A stretch of DNA of 63,584 nucleotides, counting the filler, from Hausera hauseri (Eukaryota), in assembly GCA_046269625.1 (NCBI GenBank). It is 11 parts of 11 records of this genome, joined end to end, with 100 filler letters (N's around TTAATTAATTAA, not from the genome) between each part and the next. Parts side by side here need not be neighbours in the genome. Positions count along the whole stretch, not along the records: positions 11,387 to 16,167 come from JBJURY010438027.1; positions 16,268 to 20,926 come from JBJURY010486131.1; positions 21,027 to 25,794 come from JBJURY010443246.1; 8 more parts are not named here. One strand, given 5' to 3'. Of this stretch, positions 11,920 to 24,199 are shown piece by piece (position 1 is the stretch's first letter; each line of letters begins with the position of its first letter). A program made the translations under genes and the position numbers. The notes under the pieces are model-generated. The model ran no database searches. It had not been told where the DNA came from and worked only from the letters and a program-made list of their open reading frames with translations.

Positions 11920-13320
11920 ATGGCGACAACTAAAGATAATAAGATTTTGTTTGCGAATCAAGGTTCACAGAGCTCTTCTACTATGCTGAATGACAAACGT
12001 TCAGGAGGATCCTCATCGTCTTGGGCTGACCCTGTTGAATCTTTCACGGCAGCAATAAAAGGAAATAATCCTTTTTCTGATTCTGCTATTGTGTCATCAC
12101 GTTTCTTTGTTATAAAATGTGCAACTGGGGACTTTACCAAAGTGTCTCCATTCCTCATTGAAAAATCACTGCAGGGTTCCGTCGGAAAAACGACTTCCGT
12201 GAAAAAGTTACGATCGGGTGATCTACTTGTCGAGGTTAATACTCAACAACAAGCACAAAATCTGTTAAAATGCAAAAGTTTTGGAAATATATCGGTTACC
12301 GTGTCTCCTCATATTACGCTAAACAAGTCTCGTGGAGTGATATCCGAAGTCGATCTCTTGTTTATATCTGAGAATGAAATCCTTGAAAATCTGAGAGACC
12401 AAAATGTTGTGGCTGTGCGACGAATTACCATCCGACGCAACGGCGAAATCGTGCAGACAAAGCACTTGATCATAACTTTTGATACCCCTTCATTACCTCA
12501 ATACATTAAAGCTGGTTACTTACGATGTTCAGTCCGTCCATACGTGCCCAATCCTCTGCGATGCTTCAACTGCCAGAGATTCGGGCACTCTAAAGCATCT
12601 TGTTGTGGTTCCCCAACCTGCGCCCGATGTGGCAAGACTGAACATGATACCGAAAAATGTACTTTTCCAGCTCAATGCATAAACTGCAAAAAAGATCATC
12701 CTGCTTATGCAAAGTCATGTGAGAAATGGAAACAGGAAAAAGAAATTCAGACTGTGCGGACAAAGCAAAATTTATCGTATCCGGAAGCAAGAAAATTGGT
12801 TGAAGCAAGAACACCACGCATTGGAATTTCCTATGCAGACGCCGCAAAAAAAACTTTCTGTTCTGCAAGCACACAAACTGATGATGTTTCGTCACCAGCA
12901 ACTACAATAACTTCAAGTAAAACACAAACTAAACCTACAATAGACAAACCAAAACCAATCGAGACAACTGAAAAGCACAACTCACAAACACATAAAAAAA
13001 ATAATAAAAAACGACGTTCAGAAACAAAACACCCATCAGAAATTCCATCAACTTCTAAAGTAGAATCACCTGTACACGCAAAAAGTCTTCCGCATTCCTC
13101 GGAAAACATATCCAGAAAGCGGAATCAATCTCGATCGAACAATGCCAACCAGTCAAACACAGCCATCTTTTTAAATACTTCAAGCGAAAATGACGATACT
13201 TTAGATCTTAACACTTCTGATCTCTCGGATAATGAAAAAATGGACGCTGAAGATAATTCACACTCTGAAGATCATGATTGCACAGAGAGGCTTCCAGCAG
13301 CCTCATCCAAACTACATTAA
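11920..13320 (+). CDS. Non-LTR retrotransposon ORF1 (gag-like, three zinc knuckles)
   Basis: KKLRSGDLLVE, VRPYVPNPLRCFNCQRFGHSKASC, CARCGKTEHDTEKC, CINCKKDHPAYAKSC; first ATG at 11920. Confidence 0.93.
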   Translation: MATTKDNKILFANQGSQSSSTMLNDKRSGGSSSSWADPVESFTAAIKGNNPFSDSAIVSSRFFVIKCATGDFTKVSPFLIEKSLQGSVGKTTSVKKLRSGDLLVEVNTQQQAQNLLKCKSFGNISVTVSPHITLNKSRGVISEVDLLFISENEILENLRDQNVVAVRRITIRRNGEIVQTKHLIITFDTPSLPQYIKAGYLRCSVRPYVPNPLRCFNCQRFGHSKASCCGSPTCARCGKTEHDTEKCTFPAQCINCKKDHPAYAKSCEKWKQEKEIQTVRTKQNLSYPEARKLVEARTPRIGISYADAAKKTFCSASTQTDDVSSPATTITSSKTQTKPTIDKPKPIETTEKHNSQTHKKNNKKRRSETKHPSEIPSTSKVESPVHAKSLPHSSENISRKRNQSRSNNANQSNTAIFLNTSSENDDTLDLNTSDLSDNEKMDAEDNSHSEDHDCTERLPAASSKLH

Positions 13321-13322
13321 CC

Positions 13323-16167
13323 ATGGCTGTTCTCCTCTCTTGGAATTGCCGTGGTCTTCGTAACAAGTTTGATGAAATCCGCTCTCTCATTTCCCTTCAT
13401 CTTCCTTTTTGCATCGCCCTCCAAGAAACGCATTTGAACTCCTCCCATGCGTTCAATGTGCGTGGTTACCTTTGCAATAGATCTGATAACGTTGATGGTA
13501 GTTCCACGGGAGGTGTAGCTCTGCTGACTTCTCGTGACTACCCGAGCACCCCCTTAACTCTCAATACAAGCTTGCAAGCTGTCTGTACACGTATTCATAT
13601 AAATCGTTTAATTACAATATGCAGCCTATATTTACCGCCGAATACTTCTATCTCTCAACCTATGCTAGAAAATCTTATCCAACAGTTACCACCCCCTTTT
13701 ATCTTAATAGGTGATTTTAATGCCCATAGTCCCCTCTGGGGAAGTTACGATACAAACTCCAGGGGAGAAGATATAGAAAACTTCATTACAAATAACTGCT
13801 TATGTATTCTCAATAACGGAGACCATACCTACTTTCACGAGCCCTCCCGAACTTTCCACGCAATCGATCTCGCCATTTGCTCTCCTTCTATCTTTCCTTA
13901 CTGGACCTTCTTCTGTGGAACCGATCTCTACAATAGTGACCACTTCCCAGTCTTTCTTTCCCTTACAACGCAAACATCAACCTCAATCTCCCGACCGCCA
14001 CGTTATATTTATGATGCAGCAGACTGGCCGTGTTTCACTTCACTGGCCACAATTACACATGATATGGTTGAAGGTGATATTGAGCAGTCAATAAGTAGAA
14101 TTACATCCTGTATCATTAAAGCAGCCGACACGGCAATTCCGAAGACTTCGACATCATGTAACCACCACCGGAAACCGTGGTGGAATCTGGAGTGTAAGGA
14201 AGCAAAGAAGAAACAACAAAAAGCCTGGGGTATTTTTCGCAGATACCCCACTACTGCAAATTACATTCTTTTTAAAAAAGCAAAGGCAGAAGCTAGAAAA
14301 GTGCGTCGGAAAAGCCAAAGGGTTTCCTGGATCAAATATGTTTCTAGCATAACATCAACTACACCCAGTAAAGAACTCTGGAGCAAAGCAAAGAAGGCTA
14401 TGGGTCTGTACACTGAACGTCAAATATCGTGCTTGGAACATAATGGCAGAACACTTTCATCAGCTCTTGACATTGCAAACGCTATCGCTGATAGTTTTTC
14501 AACTATTTCAAAGTCCGATGCTTATGCAGAACCCTTCCTGTCTTACAAACGCCAAACCGAAACTCATACTTTGAATTTTAATAGCAGCAGTAATTTCCCG
14601 TACAATAAACCTTTCACTGATTTTGAACTTATGCATAGCCTTCGACAAACTAGGTTATCTTCTCCAGGTCATGATGATATATCATACGTTATGCTCAAAA
14701 ACCTCTCACTTGACTCTCTTAACAATCTTTTATATTTGTATAACAGAATCTGGGAGGAACATGCTTTCCCACCATCTTGGCGGGGGGCTATTGTTATCCC
14801 TTTCCCGAAGCCTGGAAAAGATCCTCGGAGCCCTGGAAACTACAGACCTATTGCGCTTACTAGCTGTATTTGTAAGCTCTTCGAGAAGATGGTGAATGCT
14901 CGTTTAGTCTATATTCTAGAAAAAAACAATTGTCTCTCTCCTTTCCAGAGTGGTTTTAGACGAGGTAGGTCAACGACTGATAATCTTTTAGACCTCGAAA
15001 CACGTATTAGAAATACCTTTTTGAAACGCAACCATTTGGTTTCAGTGTTTTTCGACATGGAGAAGGCCTACGACCGTACTTGGCGTTATGGCATTCTCCA
15101 AGACCTATTTAATCTTGGTTTCCGTGGAAATCTCCCTATTTTTATAAAAAAATTTTTAGCTTTCAGACATTTCCAAGTCCGGATTGGATCGATTTTATCA
15201 AATTTTCATACGCAGGAGGAAGGTGTTCCTCAGGGTAGCGTCCTTAGTGTAACGTTGTTCGCTATTAAAATAAACAGTGTTCTGAAATGTTTACCACCAT
15301 CTGTACATGCAAATTTGTATGTGGATGACTTGCACATCATGTGTCAGGGACCGGACATGCATCTCATCAAACGTCAGCTTCAAACAGCTATCGACTGCGT
15401 TATTACCTGGACGAATAAACATGGTTTTAAAATATCTACTGACAAAACATATTGTGTGCATTTTTGTCGTAAACGAGGTCCTCAGCCAGACCCAGAACTT
15501 TTTGTAGGAGAAACGCAGATTATTGTTGCTGACACTGCACGCTTCTTGGGCGTTATTTTTGACAAGAAGCTGACATTTCTTCCACATGTGGTACATCTGC
15601 GGATCAATAGTGAAAAAAAATTGAACCTCCTCAAGGTCCTTTCGAACACGTCTTGGGGTGCTGATCGTTTTTCACTTTTAAAGATATACCGTTCAATAAT
15701 TCGCTCCAGGCTTGACTATGCTTGTTCAGTGTATGGAGCGGCCAGCCATTCGGTTTTAAAAAAACTAGACACAGTGCATCATGCTGCACTTAGGATTTCT
15801 TCGGGTGCCTTTCGCACCTCGCCTGTACTAAGCCTCTATGCGGACTGTTCGGAACCATCGTTATATATAACGCGAGATCGGTTATCTCTTAATTTATATT
15901 TTAGGATACTCGCTCACCCAAATCATCCACTCCATCGTCATATTTTTAGACGAAACAACGATCGCCTTTACGCAAACCGCCGTACTTCTACACAGCCTTT
16001 TGCTCTTAGGATGAAAAAACTGCTTATCGGCACTCCTCTTGCCAGAACTACTGTCACTAGCAGCAGCTGGTTTTCAGTCGCTCCCTGGGATTTTATTTAC
16101 CCAACGTTTTTGAACCCATTTGACGGTTTTGATAAGAATAACACAGGTGACGTCGCCTTCCTGCAGC
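13323..16167 (+). CDS. Non-LTR retrotransposon ORF2 (AP endonuclease + reverse transcriptase), I/Nimb group; 3' truncated by contig end
   Basis: SWNCRG, LQET, GDFNAH, SDHFP endonuclease motifs; YRPIALTS, QSGFRRGRST, DMEKAYD, GVPQGSVLS, LYVDD RT motifs; uninterrupted and starts 2 nt after the ORF1 stop. Confidence 0.95.
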
Positions 16168-16267
16168 NNNNNNNNNNNNNNNNNNNNNNNNNNNNNNNNN
16201 NNNNNNNNNNNTTAATTAATTAANNNNNNNNNNNNNNNNNNNNNNNNNNNNNNNNNNNNNNNNNNNN

Positions 16268-16574
16268 TCCAATATTATTGATTTTTGCACACTTGCACAT
16301 GTGCTGCACACTTGCACTGTGCACCAATCGATGCGCCTTGATGTTCTCTATCGATTAGCACTTTGTCCCGATCGATTCCATCAATACTGCACTGTGCAGC
16401 GATCAATATGTAAAAAGTGCAAAAGTGCCCTTAGCAACGGCGCCTTGCGGCACCGTTGCTAGGCATTTTATGAATCGATAGTGCACAGTGTGCACTGTCG
16501 ATCGGCACATGTGGAAAATAGATTTATTGATTATCCCCCCGGGGGTGGGACCGAAAGCACATTTTCTCACTACT
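16268..16574 (+). repeat. End of a TGCAC/ATCGAT-rich element terminating in ...CTCACTACT (Polinton-like terminal inverted repeat)
   Basis: Homologous to 26409-26699 and ends at the same base (gggaccgaaagcacattttctcactact); reverse complement AGTAGT matches Polinton/Maverick termini. Confidence 0.6.
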
Positions 16575-18393
16575 AACAGAGAAAGTTTTAACCATGCAGG
16601 AAAATATCCAGTTTTTATATAAAAAGTCTGTATCTATTCGATTTCTCAACTCGTTGCAGTTTTTACCCGCTTCACTTAAGACTTCAGCCTCAAACTTAGA
16701 TAGTTACCCATTTACTGAGTCGGCTTTTCCTTCGGATATTATAAAGGGAAAAGATATTTTTCCATATACTGCAGCCAAATCTTTCAGAGACTTGCAGTCT
16801 ATTAAGCAGTTGCCACCGAAATGGGATGGTGTTGGTGATACGGATTATGCTGAAACACAACTGGTTTGGTCTAAATACAGTTGTAGTAGTCTTTTGGATT
16901 ATACGTTGGTATATATGAAGCTCGACGTATACTTGTTAGTCGATATTTTTGAGCGGTTTAGAAAAGAGGTTAGGTTGCAGGATGGATTAGAGGCTGTTAA
17001 CTTCATTTCAATTCCCGGTTTATCTTGGAAAACTGCACTAAAAACAAGCCCTTGCCGTATTGAACTTGCGCAAGACCCTGAAATGTACAAATTCTTTCAA
17101 TCGGGTATTCGCGGTGGTATGACTTTTGTAAATAAGCATAAGGTTGTCTCTGATAAAAGCACTAGTCACTTGTATATAGATGTAAATAATTTATACTGCT
17201 GGGCTTTATCACAACCTCTGTCATTTGCAAATTTGGTATGGATATATAATGAGGATAAATTAACTAACCTGATTGAACAATGGCCTATATTGATTGTGTC
17301 ACAGAAAAACGAGGTTTAGTATTTGAAGTTGACATAAGCATTCCGGCAGACAAATATGATAAGTTGGACCAACTGCCTTTGGTACCAATCAACCAATGTC
17401 CACCCGCTTCAAAAGTTAAGAAATTGCTGCTGACACATGAGTCTAACACCAACTATGTTGTTCACTATCGGCTCTTACAATTGTACATCGAGTTAGGCAC
17501 TGTAGTTGAGAAGGTTCATCGGGCCGTTGAGTTTGACCAGGGCTATGTATTTAAGGATTATATCGATCTAAATACTGCTAAAGGGGATGCAGCAAATAAT
17601 CCTTTCGAAAAGGACTTTTTTAAGCTTAAAAGCAACAGCTTATACGGTAAAACAGTCGAAAATTTGATGAATAGGTCAAACCTGGGACTGTGTAATAATG
17701 CTAAAAAGCTAGTTACATATGCTAGTAACGCCCAGTTTAAAGAGAGCATTGTAATAGCCGATGATCTGATTGCCGTCCTCCACGATAAAGACATGGTTAC
17801 ATTAGACAGGCCATCATACATCGATCAGGCCGTACTTGATCTATACAAGTTACGGATGTATGAGTTGAATTATATCGACTTGGAGACATAGGCACCATTT
17901 TAATTGTGAGTTAAATATTGTTGCTTGTGACACAGACAGTTTTTTCATCGAATGTCGTGGCGTGGACTTAAAATTACAACTGTTACTGGCAATGATAGCA
18001 ATCGAGCAGTTAGATATATCAAACTATGACAAGTGTGATCCATTGTATTCGACTCGTTTCGCAGCTGTAATTGGAAAATTTAAAGATGAAAGCAAGGGCT
18101 GTGTTTAGTATCAAGAGGCGACTTTCCCACGGCCGAAATCCTATGCACTCAAAACCCTAACCAAACCAGTGCTCACGTGCAAAGGTGTCAATCTCAAGCA
18201 AACAGAGCTACAGCTTGACAGCTACAGACAAGCTTATGAATCCGGTTGCAGCATCATGGTGGACCAGGAGCGAATTGGCAGTAAAAATCATTAGCTCATG
18301 ACAATCAGTTCAAAAAGGAAAGCACTGGACCCGCTTGATAAAAAACGCCTCTGGATTGATAATAACCGGAGTGTTGCATACGGACATTATTAA
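16575..18393 (+). pseudogene. Polinton/Maverick (adintovirus-like) protein-primed DNA polymerase B, 5' truncated and frameshifted
   Basis: IRFLNSLQFL, KGKDIFPY, GIRGG, YIDVNNLY, KLKSNSLYGK, CDTDSFF and C-terminal DKKRLWIDNNRSVAYGHY*. Confidence 0.92.
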
Positions 18394-18441
18394 TATTTTG
18401 TGTGTTATATCAATAAAAGTTTTAAGTCTCTTTTTTTTCTT

Positions 18442-18834
18442 GGGAATAGTGAAATTCCTTTGTGCTAGGGGTGGGAATAGCGAAACCAAACCTGCGCCAG
18501 AAATTCCTTTGGGGTGGGAATAGTGAAACCACAATTAGGCGGCTTTGTTCTAGGGGTGGGAATAGTGAAACTCAATCTGCACCAGAAATTCCTTTGGTGG
18601 TGGGAATAGTGGAACCCAATCTGCGCCAGAAATTCCTTTGTCTACCGAATACTGCTCTCTGATTGGTCAGTTTTCCTTTATCCCCCTCCCGATGATGTGT
18701 CCTCCTCTCATTGGCAAGTTTTCTTCTCCCCCATGACGTGTTCTCCTCTCATTGGCCAGTTTTCCTATCCCCGATGACGTGTCTTCTTTCTTTCCTTCCT
18801 TGGGGATGGCGCAGAGATGCCACATCTACTTACT
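18442..18834 (+). repeat. Polinton terminal region: about 5 GGGAATAGTGAAA.../CCAGAAATTCCTTTG repeats, 3 ATTGG/TGA(C/T)GT repeats, terminus ...ATCTACTTACT
   Basis: Tandem repeats directly after the pPolB stop and AATAAA; a duplicated host sequence begins exactly at 18835. Confidence 0.65.
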
Positions 18835-19017
18835 TATAAATATAAAGATTACCATTTGAAATGATTGAATAGCACTTGATCCAATGTTTAAATGAAAACC
18901 AATCAATTTTCCTTTCTAAATAACCGAAATATGCTACACTTCAACCTTGTAATAAAAGCTGAACTGGTAATGTCGAAAAGTATGATATCTGTCGTTCTTC
19001 GCGTGTGGAAGAATCTT

Positions 19018-19790
19018 TCATAACCACGATGTTAAATAAATATTAAAATTGCTCTTTATTGTGAGAATTTGCAATTTGCTATCGGGACATGTCACATTCG
19101 AAACTAGCGGTGTATACTTTGATAATTCGGAAAAGGTTTGTTTCCTGGATCCTGAAAATAAAGAATACTCGTTGGTATTGACTAAGTAATTCACATTGGA
19201 TGATAAGGTTTCAGTTTCAATAAGTCTCGGACAGGCGGTTGTCACTTGCCGAACAGTCGGAACCTTGTCATTTGACTGGAATGTGAGTTCACCGAGTTCT
19301 TCATAAATATTTGATTTATCAATATTTAATAACATTTTCATCACCCGATCTTTTTCGGAAACCGCAGAAATAATATCATCTTTCAGGTTGTTAAATCCCG
19401 ATTCCCAAGAAACACGCATAGAATTGCTGTGCAGCTGTAAAATTTCTGATTGGACTATACCCATTCGTAATTTACAAATCCATAAGTTCATTTCCTGTTC
19501 GGATGCGGCGGCAAATTTTAATTCCGGGACGGATTTAATTAATGGTTTCAAATAAAACGCCCACATTGGTGGTTGAGAACAACTTTTAACCACCGCGACT
19601 TGTTGAAATGCGTTTAAGATGCAAACCAGATTTGGTTTTGAAGATGTGTTACTCGTATAAATATAAAGATTACCATTGGAAATGACTAATAGCACTTGGT
19701 CCAATGTTTAAATGAAAGTCAATCAATTTTCCTTTCCAAATAACTGGAATATGCTACACTTCGATATTGTAATAAAATCTGAACTGGTAA
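19018..19790 (-). pseudogene. SH3BP2-like PH-domain gene fragment; partial duplicates at 18835-18970 and 20806-20926
   Basis: The two copies read LPVQ.LLQ..SVAY..YLERKIDWFSFKHW.KCY.IISNGNLYIYTSNTSSKP...FAAASEQEMNLWICKLR, typical PH beta1-beta2 and C-terminal helix with Trp. Confidence 0.65.
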
Positions 19791-19972
19791 ATTGTAAAAA
19801 AACACTATTTTCACAATTTTTCTGCAGCAATCAAAAAATCTCAAAAACAAAATTTCCATCTTTTGAAACTCCACCCATTGAATTCTTTATTATTTAAACA
19901 ACAATAAAAATTTTACATGAAATTTTTTTGTTTCGCATGCCAATCATCGATTGGATGAATGTGGGCACCACA

Positions 19973-20860
19973 TCACCCGCATCCCCCCGTGGCAAAGTCT
20001 GTTTTGCCAGGCGAGACCCAACGTGAGTTCTCTGGTGACCAACACGTTGGTGGATTGTAAGCGAGAAGAAGAAACAAGTTCGGCAGTAATTCCTCGACTT
20101 TTTTGCAATAGGACGAGGCAATGTCGATGAAGCTCGCAATGAACATAGTTAAGAATAGTGCATGGGCCTTTTCTTTCCCATTGACTTGGAAATTTTGTGA
20201 ATAGATATAGAACGCAAGATGTTCCATAGTTGCTCCTTGGATGAGCTTACAAAATATTTTGATCAAATCACATAGCGGTTTCAGACGAGTGTGTGCATTG
20301 GAGCCTTCAACATCCTGACAATTATATTCTGGTGAGCGAGTGTGATGGGAAATGCTTGAACAATCGTTGGTTTTACGCATTTCATTCGGTTGTCGATCGA
20401 ATGACGAATCAGTTTCGTCGTAATCGGGTTCACGAGAACGTTTGTCAGATTTGTGAGGAGGCAAATCGTTTGGGCCATGAGACTTGTGAAAGAGGCCTGT
20501 TTGTCTAAGTTGTGATGATTTGAATTTCTTAGAATTATTCGACTTAACGGGAGCAGCACTGAAAGTATCTGATGTATCGACTGCGTCGTCGATGGAGAAA
20601 TAAAATAATTCCTGGATTTCGCCGATATGTAGATATGGGATGTAAAACTCCAACTGTTGTTCTACGACTATGAGACAACCAGTGTCTCCTGGGTTAACTG
20701 GTTGATGGAGAATGGTTGATCCTATTGGATCTGTGACCGTTATACAATATTGAGCATCTTCTCGCTGTATCGCAACTGCATACAGGTGGGCGCTTCTGAC
20801 ACCAGTATTAAAATCGCTCTTTATTGTGAGAATTTGCAATTTGCTATCAGGACATGTCAC
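19973..20860 (-). CDS. Hypothetical chimeric ORF ending at a gypsy polypurine tract
   Basis: 295-aa ORF; first 17 aa duplicate the PH-gene tail; stop codon lies within TTTGCCACGGGGGGATGCGGGTGA|TGTGGTGCCC. Confidence 0.3.
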   Translation of the reverse strand: MTCPDSKLQILTIKSDFNTGVRSAHLYAVAIQREDAQYCITVTDPIGSTILHQPVNPGDTGCLIVVEQQLEFYIPYLHIGEIQELFYFSIDDAVDTSDTFSAAPVKSNNSKKFKSSQLRQTGLFHKSHGPNDLPPHKSDKRSREPDYDETDSSFDRQPNEMRKTNDCSSISHHTRSPEYNCQDVEGSNAHTRLKPLCDLIKIFCKLIQGATMEHLAFYIYSQNFQVNGKEKAHALFLTMFIASFIDIASSYCKKVEELLPNLFLLLAYNPPTCWSPENSRWVSPGKTDFATGGCG

Positions 20861-21026
20861 ATTCGAAACTAGCGGTGTATACTTTGATAATTCGGAAAAG
20901 GTTTGTTTCCTGGATCCTGAAAATAANNNNNNNNNNNNNNNNNNNNNNNNNNNNNNNNNNNNNNNNNNNNTTAATTAATTAANNNNNNNNNNNNNNNNNN
21001 NNNNNNNNNNNNNNNNNNNNNNNNNN

Positions 21027-21260
21027 ATTGTTATTCAAGAATTGATCAACAAATGCGGTTCATTTCAATAAAGAGACAAGACCAAACAGAAATCGTTTGA
21101 CACCGGATGCTCAGAATGCACTTCGTCGGACGATGGAGAAATATATGGCAACGTGCCGGCTGATTTTGCGTGCTGAGTTGACGACTAAAGTCATTGCGGC
21201 CATCCGTTCAAGATGTTTACCGATTCGTGTTTCTGCACCGACCAAGGAAGAAGTAAAATA
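21027..21260 (+). pseudogene. RFC3: Replication factor C subunit 3 exon or fragment
   Basis: [52 protein letters not shown], including the SRC motif; could be a live exon. Confidence 0.8.
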
Positions 21261-21699
21261 AGTCATTTTGGTGTTACTCGATTTACCGGCCCCTTTTATT
21301 TAGCATTTTTTGTGTAAAAAGTATTGTTTAAAACAATACACGTTTTGCATTTCGATTTCAAGTTTGATTATGCCATCTTGTTTACAAAATGATTTAATTT
21401 TTCGATTTTGAATTTCATTCTACATTACGAACATTTTGCAATTTCAATTCGAATTTGTTTTCTCTATATTTTTTAAACAGTTTACGTTCCACTTTCGATT
21501 TTTTGGTGTTAGATGCGTTTACACATGATCAGATTCAGAATCCTTTTGCGAAATCATGTCAGTGTTAGTCATATGATTGTATATATCATTCCAATTTGTT
21601 GTGTGGCAACTTATCGAGTAACAGAAATCCAGGATTGCTCATTATATTATCTATTTCAGTTTGATCAGATATTCCTAACTATCGAATTTACATTAGAAG

Positions 21700-22825
21700 A
21701 AATAATTCATACTGCGGCGAATTTATTAGGGGATATATTATGTGAACTGAATCTGCCTTTTATCAGAAAGCGGACAAAACAACATCCTGATCTTGGTCGT
21801 CTAATAATGCCAACCAACATATAGCAACCATTTACAACTGGATTCGAGATTTTAAAAGTGGGCTCACTAATGTCTTTGATTTGGAAAAGTCTGGAAGACC
21901 AGTGGAAATTGGAAATGAGAAGAAAGAAATGCTGCAGGAAATTATCATTACAGACGGTCGTATTGTAACAAGAGACCTGACTCAACATCTAAGTATCTCC
22001 AGAGGTATGTTGCATAGCTAGTTGAGTGAAACTGGCATCAGAAAGTTGTGCCACTATTTCTTACGGGTGACATGCAACAACAAAGATTTGAATGTTGTCA
22101 GAAAAAATTGGAAATCTTTGAAAAACTTGGTGTTGCATTTCTAAAACACATAATCACAGAAGATGAGACACTTCTAAGCCCTTATATATCTGAAACTAAA
22201 CGTGAATCTTTTGAATGGAAGATGCCAAGGGTGAAACCATCACTGAAAATGAAAACTGGCACATCCCACAAGAAATACCTGATGCTTACAATCTTTTGGG
22301 ACATGAAAGGCTTTATTAAAGTGGATTTCGCTGCAGTAGATGTCAAAATAAATTCTGATTATTATGTGCAATTAATAAAGTAATCAAGAAGAAAGCGGAA
22401 GAAATGAGGAAAGAATGAATTATTGCTATTGCTTGAGAATGCCCCAATTCACACATCCCATCTGACAACAGAAACAATTGATTCATGCGGATTATCACTG
22501 GTGGCTCACCCACCATACAGTCCTGACCTCGCCTCTAGTGATTTTCACCTCATCCGACAACTGAAGAAGGATTTGCAAAGAAAATTCTTCGATTGTGCTA
22601 GTGATCTGCACCAGTATGTCACAGATTTGCTGACTTCATATCCAAAAACCTACTAGGAAAAGGGCTTTTTAGAATTGGTATCACGATGGCGAAAATATGT
22701 GGAAGTTGTAAGAACTAACATTGAGAAATAAACCTAGACTGGTTGCTTGTTTGTTGTTGAAAGTTTGAATAAAATTGATTGTTAATTTTTTGCCGAGTCT
22801 AAATATTTAATGGGCGCACCACGTA
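21700..22825 (+). mobile_element. Degenerate mariner (DD34D) transposon with right TIR and TA target site
   Basis: KSGRPV, ITEDET, MLTIFWD, ENAPIH, HPPYSPDLASSDFHL; ends ...aatgggcgcaccacg|TA; several stops. Confidence 0.9.
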
Positions 22826-23330
22826 TCTTGAAATGCCCCATCTTCCTCCAGTCCTAAATTCTTCAAATCGCCTCCACGTCTACTTTCGTCTTCACCTTCA
22901 GCTGACTTTCCAGTGCAACTTTCACCTTTTACAATTAAAACAACTCCCACAGTAAATTCCGACATTTTTTCCTCAACTCACATCTCGGTAAGCAAACTCA
23001 AAATAAGCAAGCAAAACACGCAGTGCTGCTTTCAGTAAGTACAGCAGAGAACAAAATTTTAACAAAGTACGTCTGGTTCACACAAAAACCGAATAGGACA
23101 CAAACACTTTTTCCTTTTTGTGGACATCGTTCTTTATTGTTTTTCGCTTTATAGTCTTCACTTTGCCACGGGGGTGATGTGGTGCACACATGCTTTGCCG
23201 CCCTGCGGCTCATTTTGGCCGGACACAGCCTGGTGCCATGTTTCACACTGGCGACGCTGTTGGTAAGACCTTTGATTTCTCCTTCAGAGGTTTTCGTTGT
23301 GGTGGCTATTACCCAACCGTTCAAATCCAG
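22826..23330 (+). mobile_element. 3' end of gypsy element: Ser/Pro/Thr-rich tail, PPT and LTR start at 23178
   Basis: ctttgccacgggggtga|tgtggtgcac junction shared with other copies; LTR end approximate. Confidence 0.65.
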
Positions 23331-24199
23331 TTAAGCAGTCCAGTATTCGAAAGTTGTAACATCAACGAAATATATGAAGGCAGCGTGGATAAACTCGGCG
23401 TTCTTTATGAAACAATGAAATTTATTCTCATTTTTCCCAAGCGAAGAAAGTATAAATAACTTTACTCAAGTGGAACAAGAAGCGGTTAAATAGATGGAAC
23501 GAGTTCTGGAATCAGTGAAGAAAGCATGACTTAGAAAAAACAAATTTTTTATTAATAGCCGAAAACAAAACACTAATGAAAGAAATTTCAAATTTGAAAC
23601 AGTGACTAGCTGACATGTAAACCATAAAAAATGAACTGAAAAATCATCTGAATGAAACATCCAAACAATTTTCATCATTATCATCGAAAATGAAGATTTA
23701 AAAGTTACGGAAACACTTATTCGATTGATGTTGATTCATTGTCCGGAATTACTGAACATATCGGTTATCCGAATGTACAGTAAAACTAATTCGAATGCTC
23801 TTGTCAAAATGTTAAATGGTCATATTTGTGATCTTCTAAATTAGTATGGAAGTGTCAATAATCCCTATGCATAGATGTTTCTCTGTGTGTATCATTGTAA
23901 CATATTCGTTTATTCCTTACACTTAATTTATAAAGTACAAGTGCCAAACAAAAATAGTTATTTGGTCAATCCACCCGATCTATTTTATGCTTGTTGTAAA
24001 AAGTTGTTTATGTAAATAATTTTTATTTACCAAAAATAGTTTAGAATTCAATTTGTGCGTTGACATAATGTATTATGGTGACCAATAAAGATTCTGTACC
24101 GAGTTCATTATCTTGTTCGTGTCCGGAATGTAAGATGAAAACCATTTTTAGGTGCTAGTTTCTTTGACCACGTTTGGTCAAAAGCGGCACTCAAAGACG

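Noticed and set aside
18442-18640. CRISPR-like repeat-spacer appearance
   Set aside because: The spacers are themselves repeated and irregular, the context is eukaryotic, and there are no cas genes.
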